This document shows, piece by piece, positions 1 through 10,016 of a DNA stretch of 32,000 nt. The stretch comes from Fastidiosibacter lacustris (GTDB taxonomy: Bacteria; Pseudomonadota; Gammaproteobacteria; Francisellales; Francisellaceae). Each line of letters begins with the position of its first letter. Position 1 is the first letter of the stretch. Location of the stretch: assembly GCF_003428155.1 (NCBI RefSeq), contig NZ_QLIR01000003.1, positions 90,001 through 122,000 on the forward strand, given 5' to 3'. The notes below the pieces were generated by a model that saw nothing but the letters and a program-made list of their open reading frames with translations, did no database searches and was not told where the DNA came from. Both the position numbers and the translations under genes were made by a program.

Positions 1-458
1 CAATGGTACGCTACCCAAGAGGAGCTGTTGTGGGTAAAGGGATTACACCAGAGCTTGACCTTAAATTAGGTCAAGCCAAATTACTAAGACAAGGTCAAGT
101 GGTTGCAATTTTGAACTTTGGTACTTTATTGCCTATTGCATTAGAGGTAGCTGAAGTAGTTAATGCAACAGTTATCGATATGCGTTTTGTTAAACCTATA
201 GATGAAAAAATGATTGAGCAATTAGCTAGCCAACATAGTTTGTTACTCACACTAGAGGAAAATGTGGTGATGGGTGGAGCAGGATCTGCAGTTAATGAAT
301 ACTTAGTGACACATGATTTAATGACGAACTTAAAAGTTCGTAATATTGGTCTTCCAGATTACTATCAAAATCATGGCGATAAAAAAGAACTTCTAGCAGA
401 AGTTGGAATCTCAGCTGCCAAAATTATTGAGTTAATAATGGAAGTTAAACAGTCCTAA
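1..458 (+). CDS. dxs: 1-deoxy-D-xylulose-5-phosphate synthase, C-terminal part (gene truncated by window start)
   Basis: Translated C-terminus matches the DXS transketolase C-terminal region: RYPRGAVVG, GKG...LRQG..VAILNFGTLLPIALEVAE, VIDMRFVKPID, LLLTLEENVVMGGAGSAVNEYL, NIGLPD.YQNHGDKKELLAE. The ATG at position 3 is an internal Met; the true start lies upstream. Confidence 0.93.
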   Translation, partial: MVRYPRGAVVGKGITPELDLKLGQAKLLRQGQVVAILNFGTLLPIALEVAEVVNATVIDMRFVKPIDEKMIEQLASQHSLLLTLEENVVMGGAGSAVNEYLVTHDLMTNLKVRNIGLPDYYQNHGDKKELLAEVGISAAKIIELIMEVKQS

Positions 459-612
459 GATTTTAATAGGACGTTATATTATTCAATATTCAAAGTCTAT
501 CAAATGTCTAAACAACAATCACAAGCCTGCTCAATCCTGACTTTTTTGTTTGCCAATAAGAGACTGATAACTTAGGTAAAAACTTTCCAATTCTATGTAC
601 TTTCTAGTATGA

Positions 613-2700
<2,088 letters not shown>

Positions 2701-2832
2701 GTAAGTTATGAGTAAAAGAGATCAAATACTTTAGTAACATAAGAACGTTTTACCTTGCGACATATACTATTTAATTAAGTGATTGCAAATAAAATGCAAA
2801 CAAAAGCATAAGAATAAAAAAGCGGAAAAATA

Positions 2833-3918
2833 ATGAAAATAGCGATAGTTGGAAATGGTCAGTTAGCGCAAATGCTGATTGAAAGTGTGAAGGATTTAGC
2901 TTTTAAAATTGATGCATACCCTTTACCTGAAATTAATCAAAATGGGCACAGTAATGCTCATGAAATTGTAATGTGGCAAAATAAGCTTAAAAGCTATGAC
3001 GTGGTGACCTATGAAATTGAAAATATTTCGGTTGAATTACTGAAAGCCGTAGCACAGGAAACGCAAGTTTATCCTGCAATTGGAGCCTTAAAGGTAGCAC
3101 AAGATCGTTTAGCAGAGAAGAAGCTATTTACCGAATTAGAGATTGAAACGAACAATTTTATCGAAGTAAACTCAAAAGAAGACTTGTTGCTAGCAAAGGA
3201 TCTGTTGGGCTTTCCTTTTGTATTAAAGAAACGTCGTTTTGGTTACGATGGAAAAGGGCAGTTTGTCATTAAAGCGGCTGCTGATTTACAACAAGCATGG
3301 GATGCTTTAGGGCAATATGACCTAATTGCAGAGAGTTTTGTTAATTTTGACTTTGAGGTGTCACAAGTTGCAAGTTGTGATCAATTTAGCAATATCGTGT
3401 TTTATCCTTTAGTGCGCAATGAGCATAGAGAAGGAATCTTACGTGAAACACATGTTTTAACTGATGCAAGTGAATTAAGTATGGTTGCTCAAGAAGTTGT
3501 TAAAAGATTTATTCGCCATTTTAATTATGTCGGGACTTTTGCGATGGAATTTTTTGTTAAAGGTAATACATTATATGCCAATGAAATTGCTCCACGTGTA
3601 CATAACTCAGGGCATTGGTCTATAGATGGTGCGAACATCAGTCAATTTAGAAATCACATGTTGGCAATTACTAAAGAAGAGATTGTCCAAGTCAAAGTGA
3701 ATGCGCGACACATTATGATGATTAACCTTATTGGAGAGAATGTACCTAAGTGCCAATTACCAGAAAACGTTTATGTTAAAAGCTATGGCAAGGAACTAAG
3801 AGCTGGGCGTAAAATGGGGCACATTAATATTGTTGATAATGAATTAGAGACATTTATTGAAAGCGTGAATATAATCTATAAAAATGTTGCAGCGAAATCA
3901 TGCTTAGAGGAGTTCTAG
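2833..3918 (+). CDS. purK: 5-(carboxyamino)imidazole ribonucleotide synthase (ATP-grasp)
   Basis: 361 aa. N-terminal IAIVGNGQLAQML; YDVVTYEIENISVELL; ATP-grasp core FPFVLKKRRFGYDGKGQFVIK; YANEIAPRVHNSGHWSIDGANISQFRNH. Confidence 0.96.
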   Translation: MKIAIVGNGQLAQMLIESVKDLAFKIDAYPLPEINQNGHSNAHEIVMWQNKLKSYDVVTYEIENISVELLKAVAQETQVYPAIGALKVAQDRLAEKKLFTELEIETNNFIEVNSKEDLLLAKDLLGFPFVLKKRRFGYDGKGQFVIKAAADLQQAWDALGQYDLIAESFVNFDFEVSQVASCDQFSNIVFYPLVRNEHREGILRETHVLTDASELSMVAQEVVKRFIRHFNYVGTFAMEFFVKGNTLYANEIAPRVHNSGHWSIDGANISQFRNHMLAITKEEIVQVKVNARHIMMINLIGENVPKCQLPENVYVKSYGKELRAGRKMGHINIVDNELETFIESVNIIYKNVAAKSCLEEF

Positions 3919-3987
3919 CTGGAAGGCACTGTATACTTTGGGGTGTCACAACCATGTTAAAAGATTCGATGAATAGAAAGGAAAAAT

Positions 3988-4428
3988 ATGTTTGAAGTAT
4001 CTGAAAATATAGAAAGTTATTATAACTTAAATCAAAGTATACGCGAGAAAATGCGTGCGATTGATGATATGGCAGATCAGCTTGGTGATCTTTTGGATTG
4101 GAATTTAACTGTTGATTTTCAAATTATTAATCAAAGTGATAAATCAAGCTTATATGCAGTGTCAATTATAGCGGGTGAAGTAGAGGATGAAGGTGCTCCT
4201 GTGTTCTTTACAACGGCGTCAGCAGACGAGGCACTTATTCGTTTGCAAGTTTACCTTGACCTTATGGAAAAATTTGAAATTAACAACCTTGCGCGATCTG
4301 TAGAATACTATCAACAAGCACTTGATAAACTCGCGCATTATTACAATGAAGAATGTGAAGATATTTTACACCAAATTGTACTTGAGGGCTTTTTTGCTTT
4401 TAATGAGTCTTTAGTTATCACTGAGTAA
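3988..4428 (+). CDS. Uncharacterised 146-aa acidic protein
   Basis: Complete ORF with AAGGA-type RBS (agaaaggaaaaatATG), sitting in a same-strand run of genes. I recognise no family motif. Confidence 0.75.
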   Translation: MFEVSENIESYYNLNQSIREKMRAIDDMADQLGDLLDWNLTVDFQIINQSDKSSLYAVSIIAGEVEDEGAPVFFTTASADEALIRLQVYLDLMEKFEINNLARSVEYYQQALDKLAHYYNEECEDILHQIVLEGFFAFNESLVITE

Positions 4429-4536
4429 GGTGAGGTGCTTTTTCTTTTAAATGTTTCACAAATAAATCAACAAAAAAATAACACCTCAATCAGCATATTG
4501 CAAATTTTTCTTAGATTCCCAAATAGGAGAAAATAG

Positions 4537-5145
4537 ATGTTATTAAGCTTTGCGGTTGCCCTTATTGTTATTATGAATCCAATTGGTAACTTGGCGATTT
4601 ATAGTGCATTAATTGAAAATAGAAATACAGAAGAATGCAATAAAACCGCTAAAACTTGTGCTATTGCTATATTTAGCATATTAATGATTGCATTATGGAT
4701 TGGCTGGCCAATATTAAATTTTTTTGGGATCAGTATAGGTGCTTTTGAGTTTGCAGGAAGCTTGATTATTTTGAGAATCGCTTTGTCGATGATTAAAGGT
4801 CATAGTCATACGCATGATAAAGAGAAAACAAAACAACTAAAATATCCGTCTATTGCAGTGGTACCAATGGCAACACCTGTCATTGCAGGACCAGGATCGA
4901 TGGTCGTGATTATTAGCCACGCTAATGAGTTTACGATTACACAATTTATCTATGCTAGTGTCATATGCTTGATTATTTCTGTATTTTTTTGGCTGCTTTT
5001 GAAATTTACACCTAAATTTGCAAGCCATATAGGAGATGAAACAATGGCGGTTATATCAAGGATAATGGGATTAATATTGGCAGCTATTGCCATTCAAATG
5101 GCAGCAAGCGGTTTAATACTTTTATTCCCAGTTTTGGGAAGCTAA
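4537..5145 (+). CDS. MarC/YhgN family (UPF0056) integral membrane protein
   Basis: 202 aa, multiple TM segments. MarC-like LIVIMNPIGNLAIYSAL near the N-terminus; AGSLIILRIALSMI; PLATPVIAGPGSM-like VPMATPVIAGPGSMVVII. RBS aggag upstream. Confidence 0.88.
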   Translation: MLLSFAVALIVIMNPIGNLAIYSALIENRNTEECNKTAKTCAIAIFSILMIALWIGWPILNFFGISIGAFEFAGSLIILRIALSMIKGHSHTHDKEKTKQLKYPSIAVVPMATPVIAGPGSMVVIISHANEFTITQFIYASVICLIISVFFWLLLKFTPKFASHIGDETMAVISRIMGLILAAIAIQMAASGLILLFPVLGS

Positions 5146-5217
5146 GGTCTTTGCTTTATCAGCAAACCTTGAAAGGACTCTGCAAAAATTGAACGTAACA
5201 AAATCAAAAAATACTAG

Positions 5218-5246
5218 TTGACAGTTTGTTAAAGTTATAATACAAC
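5218..5246 (+). promoter_or_regulatory. Candidate sigma70 promoter upstream of the small ORF/MFS pair
   Basis: Perfect TTGACA at 5218-5223. TACAAC at 5241-5246 gives a 17-nt spacer. A perfect TATAAT at 5236-5241 is also present, but only 12 nt away. Confidence 0.4.
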
Positions 5247-5268
5247 TTTATGACACAGGGAGTTATTA

Positions 5269-5373
5269 ATGAAACGAGGAGGGTTTACGAAGCGTAAATT
5301 CTATAAAGCTGAATTTGGTGATTATTTATGGGAATATGAATGGGATAATATTATGTCTGAAGAAAAAGCATGA
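5269..5373 (+). CDS. Possible 34-aa small ORF (MKRGGFTKRKFYKAEFGDYLWEYEWDNIMSEEKA), absent from the supplied ORF track
   Basis: ATG preceded by cagggag (RBS-like, about 7 nt spacing) and a promoter-like element. Stop at 5371-5373, 14 nt before the MFS start at 5388. N-terminus basic, C-terminus acidic. Confidence 0.4.
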   Translation: MKRGGFTKRKFYKAEFGDYLWEYEWDNIMSEEKA

Positions 5374-5387
5374 GGTCTATCTAGAAA

Positions 5388-6593
5388 ATGACTTATACCA
5401 GAATGCTTTGCGTATTTTTAATAATTACTTTATTAAGTCTTTTTTCACGTGACATTTATATTCCATCACTACCTGAAATAGTTAAAGATTTATCATCTAA
5501 TCAATCTATGATTACTGGTTCTATCACTGCCTGCTTACTTGGCTGCGGAATATCTGCACCATTTTATGGGTTTTTCGCCGAAAAATATGGAAAAAAAATA
5601 ATACTAATGTTTGGACTTTTTCTTTGCTTAATTGGAAATGTAGTAACTCTAGTTGCGTATAATGGGATTCTGTTTTGGACAAGTAGACTTGTTGTGGGTA
5701 TAGGAATAGGCTCTGTACCAGTTATTACTAGAGCATTAGCTGCTGATTATTTTCAAGATTACAAATTAACTAAAATCTTGTCATATTTATCTATGGCTGC
5801 AACCACTGCTTTAGCTATTGCTCCAATATTAGGTGGGTACTTACACAATTATTTAGGTTGGCAATCCAGTTTTATTTTTTTAATAGTTTGTTCAGTTCTA
5901 TCATATATATGTGTTAAATTTTTAATTATTAATGATATGCAGAAAGGTAGAGTTAAACCTAAGAGTTATAAATATTTGACGAAAAATTTTATTTCTTTAT
6001 TTGTTGATAAACAATTTATGAGTTATGCATTAATCTCATCTTTAGCTTTTTTTTATGGTATGGCATATCTTATGATTACTCCTTTCTTATTTCAAGGCGT
6101 ACTAAATTTAAATGTTTCTGAAAATGGTTTTATGTATATATTCATCGCAATAGCATTCTTTTTAGGGACTTATTCTTGCGGAATTATAACAAAGCATATA
6201 AGTGATAATTTAATATTAATTATTGGTATAAGTGCTACTTTTGTTGGAACGATGATTTATCTGCTATTTCATTCTATCAACTTTGTAAGTATTTTCTCAG
6301 TAACTTTTGGTGGTTTTGTTTGTATTTTTGGAAGCGGTGTAATAATGCCTATAGCGAATAAAAAGTGTGTTACCAACAAGCTCAATTTAACAGGAATATC
6401 ATCATCAATGCTATCTTTTATTAGAATGTTGATCGTCTTTATATTGGGCATTCCAGTATCTATGGTCGATAAAAGCAATTTAGTATCTTTGTTTATTACA
6501 TATGCATTATTGAGCATAACCACATTCTTATTGTTTATATTTACACTGAAAAAATCGCTACAAACCGAACCCACAGCTCTTCCTAATCATTAA
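5388..6593 (+). CDS. MFS transporter, Bcr/CflA-type drug resistance family
   Basis: 401 aa, about 12 TM. LFSRDIYIPSLPEIVKDL near the N-terminus; GFFAEKYGKKIILMFGL (MFS motif A region); R-V-G-G motif SRLVVGIGIGSVPVITRALAADYF. Confidence 0.88.
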   Translation: MTYTRMLCVFLIITLLSLFSRDIYIPSLPEIVKDLSSNQSMITGSITACLLGCGISAPFYGFFAEKYGKKIILMFGLFLCLIGNVVTLVAYNGILFWTSRLVVGIGIGSVPVITRALAADYFQDYKLTKILSYLSMAATTALAIAPILGGYLHNYLGWQSSFIFLIVCSVLSYICVKFLIINDMQKGRVKPKSYKYLTKNFISLFVDKQFMSYALISSLAFFYGMAYLMITPFLFQGVLNLNVSENGFMYIFIAIAFFLGTYSCGIITKHISDNLILIIGISATFVGTMIYLLFHSINFVSIFSVTFGGFVCIFGSGVIMPIANKKCVTNKLNLTGISSSMLSFIRMLIVFILGIPVSMVDKSNLVSLFITYALLSITTFLLFIFTLKKSLQTEPTALPNH

Positions 6594-6791
6594 CGTCCCT
6601 CAGGATTTTGTTACGAGCCACGATGACTGATCATCTAAAACAATATGGGGAGCTTGTGCTAGATTTAAACAGCATCCCCGCAAAGATAGATGACATAAGG
6701 GATAGAGAGCTATTTTAAAAAAACCATGACAGGTTTACTGACGTATTCCGACTAGACCCGAAGTTGAAAAGCCATAATTTTAAAAATTAAA

Positions 6792-6822
6792 TTGACTTTG
6801 CAATGGTAGTCTTGTCTAATAT
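6792..6822 (+). promoter_or_regulatory. Candidate sigma70 promoter upstream of the second MFS gene
   Basis: TTGACT at 6792-6797 with TCTAAT (6815-6820, 17-nt spacer) or TAATAT (6817-6822, 19-nt spacer), about 40 nt upstream of the ATG at 6864. Confidence 0.35.
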
Positions 6823-6863
6823 CAAGCCTGGAATAATACTCGATTTTTAAGGAACTTGATCCT

Positions 6864-8111
6864 ATGCGACAGGTATCTGCCAATGTTTCATATCGCTTCT
6901 TTTTACAGGCTTACCTATTGATCTTCTCAACAGAATTTATGTTTGCTTTGATTAATCCTAGCTATGTACAATTATTCTTTGACGCAAAATCTCCTTTTAG
7001 TAGTTCATTTGCTAATCAGTATAACGCCTCAATTATTTATGGTATTTTTTTACTAGGAGGACAGATCGCAGGGTTAGTTGCAAATATTGTGTGGGGCGTT
7101 ATTTCAGATCATGTGGGTAGAAAACCTATTGCGACCATCTCAACTGTGGCACTTATTATAACGGCAATCACTGCAATATTGGCAGAACATTGGCAACTGA
7201 TCACTTTATTTGTGGCGGGGGCAATCTTGGGGCACGCATTGTATGGCATGTTTCCTGTGGTGATTGCCAGTGTCTCTAGTGCTGCATATCAAAGTCAAAG
7301 AAAGTTAATTTGGATTGGTCTTTTGCAGTTTTTTACAGGATTAGCATTTGTTATTGGTCCCACTGTTGGTAGTTTATTGATGATTAATTATGCAAACTAT
7401 ATGGCGCCATATTACGTTGTGGTCCTATTAGCAATAGTGATGTTTTTTATCGTTGCAATTGGTTATTATCCTGAGCATTACTATCAGCAGCAAAGGGTAA
7501 CACACCAAAAGAATGTCTTATGTGATTTGTTGCATTTATTAAAACAAAAAAAGGTTGGTGTTTTGGTTTGGTTGTTATTGCTAGATCAGCTTGCCTGGGG
7601 AATGTATTTTCAATTTATTCAACCATTAGCAAAATTAAGCTTAGGTTTTTCAATCAGTGATATTGGTTATTTAGTGAGTTTTATTGGCTTATCATTAATG
7701 GTATCAGCGTTGGTATTATTACCTATTTTGCAAAGGTTCTTAAATCATAACATGTTATTTATTATTGCTGTGATCGCTATGCTTATAGGAAGCTTTGGTG
7801 CTATGCTTATTACTTTTTATCCGCAATTGAGTAAGTTTTGGATTTACGCAGTAAGCTTTATGGTTGCATTTGGTGATATGGTAGTTTTTTCACTATTAGT
7901 TGTTGGATTTTCAAATGCGGTACCTTCTGCATATCAAGGCTTTATTTCTGGGGTATTATATACCTTAGCAAAAGGATTTGGCTGGGGTGTATCAGGATTT
8001 TTAGGTGGATATTTCATTTCACTGCATATGTTTTGGTCAATGGGGTTTGCAACTATTATGCTTTTAATACTGCTTATTAGTTTTTGTAGCTTTCGAAATA
8101 TTCGTATTTAA
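6864..8111 (+). CDS. MFS transporter (TetA-like/multidrug type)
   Basis: 415 aa, about 12 TM. MFS motif WGVISDHVGRKPIATISTVALI; GHALYGMFPVVIASVSS; IGPTVGSLL. Confidence 0.85.
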   Translation: MRQVSANVSYRFFLQAYLLIFSTEFMFALINPSYVQLFFDAKSPFSSSFANQYNASIIYGIFLLGGQIAGLVANIVWGVISDHVGRKPIATISTVALIITAITAILAEHWQLITLFVAGAILGHALYGMFPVVIASVSSAAYQSQRKLIWIGLLQFFTGLAFVIGPTVGSLLMINYANYMAPYYVVVLLAIVMFFIVAIGYYPEHYYQQQRVTHQKNVLCDLLHLLKQKKVGVLVWLLLLDQLAWGMYFQFIQPLAKLSLGFSISDIGYLVSFIGLSLMVSALVLLPILQRFLNHNMLFIIAVIAMLIGSFGAMLITFYPQLSKFWIYAVSFMVAFGDMVVFSLLVVGFSNAVPSAYQGFISGVLYTLAKGFGWGVSGFLGGYFISLHMFWSMGFATIMLLILLISFCSFRNIRI

Positions 8112-8193
8112 AAACCATTTGAATCTTAGCTAGTAAGAATTTTACACTTTTTCCTTATTTTTCCGTGAAAACTAGATTAAAAAATTTTAACTT

Positions 8194-8223
8194 AGTGTGA
8201 TATAGTGTGACATAGTGTCACAT
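8194..8223 (+). promoter_or_regulatory. Phased direct repeat / palindrome, candidate operator upstream of oppA
   Basis: AGTGTGATAT (8194-8203), AGTGTGACAT (8204-8213), AGTGTCACAT (8214-8223). Within it, TGTGACA-TAG-TGTCACA (8206-8222) is a perfect 7-bp inverted repeat, 27 nt upstream of the oppA ATG. Confidence 0.6.
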
Positions 8224-8249
8224 AAAGAAAAATTCTTGGGGAGAGAAAT

Positions 8250-9887
8250 ATGAAACATATTAAGTTAATGACATTTATTCTATCTAGTGCATTACTGGTT
8301 AGTTGTGGTAATGATAACAGTAGTACAAGTCATTCAGAATTTGCATTAAAAGACAAAGACACATTGGTGCGTGGAAATGCTTTTGAACCTGAATCATTAG
8401 ATCCTATACATGTACAAACGAATGCAGCAGCTTCAATTTTGTATGACGTTGGTGAAGGTTTGATGTCTGAGGATCAAGCGAATAACCCTGTGCCTGGAGT
8501 GGCGAAGTCTTATGAAGTTTCTAAAGATGGTATGACTTACACTTTTTATTTACGTGATGATGCTAAATGGTCTAATGGGGAGTCAATTACGGCTGAGGAT
8601 TTTGTTTATGCATTTAAGCGAGCAGTAGATCCTAACATGGCATCTGAGATGGCGTATAAACTTGCACCAATTCAAAATGCGCAAGCGATTATGGATGGCA
8701 AGAAGCCTGTTTCAAGTCTCGGTGTTAAAGCATTAGATGCACATACTATACAAATACAGTTAGATTATCCAGTTTATTATTTTCTTAGCATTGTAGCCGA
8801 CCCTATTAGTTATCCAGTTTATAAGGAAGGTGTTGACCAATATGGGCAGAGCTTTTTCCAAGCGGGTAAACTCATTAGCAATGGTGCGTATAAGCTAAAA
8901 GAGTGGGTACCTAATGGATATGTTTTAGTCACCAAAAATTCTTATTATTGGGATGCAAAAAATGTTCATATTCAAAACGTTAAATTTCTACCAATCGTTG
9001 AGCGTATGTCAGCGTTAAATGCTTATGCTTCTGGGCAAGTAGATTATTTGATGTATGTCCCGTCTGTTAATTTAGATACACTAGAAAAAAAATATGGTGA
9101 TCAGTTGAAAGCAACTTCTTGGTTAGCATTAGAATATCTTGATTTTAATTTAACCAGACCACCGTTTAAGGATAATAAGGATTTACGTGAAGCATTATCT
9201 CTTGCTATTGATCGCGAAGCATTGGTTAAGCAAGTAATACGAGATGGTAGTATTGCAGCTTACAGCTTTTTCCCTGCTGATATAGATAAGGGGCGTTATA
9301 AAGATATCAAATATACATGGAGTGATTGGGGTCAAGAAAAACGCTTAGAATTGGCTAAACAACTATACACAAAGGCAGGCTACTCAAAAATTAACCCACT
9401 TCGTATATCAATTGAATACAACACAGATGAAAAAAATAAGAAAGTTATGGAAGCGATTGCGCAGATGTGGACACAAAATTTAGGTGTGAAAGTCAACTTG
9501 GTAAATTCGGAATTTAAAGTATTTTTAAAAATTCGTCAAACTCATAATTATGATGGTGTTGCACGTGATGGCTGGGCGGCTGATTTTAATACCATTGATA
9601 ATTTCGCCTCAATGTGGACGTGTAATAATCCACAAAATAATGTAGCATATTGCAATCCTGAATATGATAATTTGATATTGGAAGGGCGAAAGCAATTAAT
9701 AGTAGATGATGTAGTTTCTTATTATACAAAAGCCTTAAATATCGTACAGAATGATTATCCAGTTGCGCCACTTTTTGTCCACCCAGTTATTCACTTGGTC
9801 AAACCATACGTTCAAAATTACAATATGCAAACGAATCACCTTGATCATGTTTATGACAAGTGGTTTTCATTTAAATATCAATCATAA
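8250..9887 (+). CDS. oppA: Oligopeptide ABC transporter, substrate-binding protein (predicted lipoprotein)
   Basis: 545 aa SBP family 5. FEPESLDPIHVQTNAAASILYDVGEGLM; YEVSKDGMTYTFYLRDDAKWSNGESITAEDFVYAFKRAVDP; LREALSLAIDREALVKQV. Signal peptide ends in lipobox LVSC. First gene of the opp cluster. Confidence 0.94.
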   Translation: MKHIKLMTFILSSALLVSCGNDNSSTSHSEFALKDKDTLVRGNAFEPESLDPIHVQTNAAASILYDVGEGLMSEDQANNPVPGVAKSYEVSKDGMTYTFYLRDDAKWSNGESITAEDFVYAFKRAVDPNMASEMAYKLAPIQNAQAIMDGKKPVSSLGVKALDAHTIQIQLDYPVYYFLSIVADPISYPVYKEGVDQYGQSFFQAGKLISNGAYKLKEWVPNGYVLVTKNSYYWDAKNVHIQNVKFLPIVERMSALNAYASGQVDYLMYVPSVNLDTLEKKYGDQLKATSWLALEYLDFNLTRPPFKDNKDLREALSLAIDREALVKQVIRDGSIAAYSFFPADIDKGRYKDIKYTWSDWGQEKRLELAKQLYTKAGYSKINPLRISIEYNTDEKNKKVMEAIAQMWTQNLGVKVNLVNSEFKVFLKIRQTHNYDGVARDGWAADFNTIDNFASMWTCNNPQNNVAYCNPEYDNLILEGRKQLIVDDVVSYYTKALNIVQNDYPVAPLFVHPVIHLVKPYVQNYNMQTNHLDHVYDKWFSFKYQS

Positions 9888-9894
9888 GTAATAT

Positions 9895-9924
9895 AAAAAT
9901 ATGATATTTTTAATTTGTTTTTTT
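9895..9924 (+). terminator. AT-only hairpin followed by T7, possible weak terminator/attenuator after oppA
   Basis: AAAAATAT-G-ATATTTTT (9895-9911; outer pairs can form with a larger loop), then TTTTTTT at 9918-9924. It begins 8 nt after the oppA stop codon. Confidence 0.35.
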
Positions 9925-10016
9925 GTAAGCGAAAATACGATGTAAAACTAAAATAGTTTACCATACTGGTAAGCAGTTTATGCGCACATAAAATAAAATG
10001 AAAGAGGGAAAATTAA

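Noticed and set aside
451-475. GTCCTA...TAGGAC hairpin spanning the dxs stop
   Set aside because: Only a 6-bp, AT-containing stem with a 9-nt loop and no T-run; insufficient for a terminator call.
4431-4488. TGAGGTG...CACCTCA 7-bp arms spanning the region after the 146-aa ORF
   Set aside because: The loop is about 44 nt and no T-run follows, so it is not a convincing terminator; likely coincidental.
4837-5028. Minus-strand 63-aa ORF inside marC and 101-aa ORF 6269-6574 inside the MFS gene
   Set aside because: Low-complexity antisense reading of TM-coding sequence; no RBS argument and fully contained in strong CDSs.
5144-5170. AAGGTCTTTGCT-ttatc-AGCAAACCTT hairpin after marC
   Set aside because: A reasonable stem with a bulge, but no T-run on either strand. 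It cannot be called a terminator; at most an RNA-stabilising structure.
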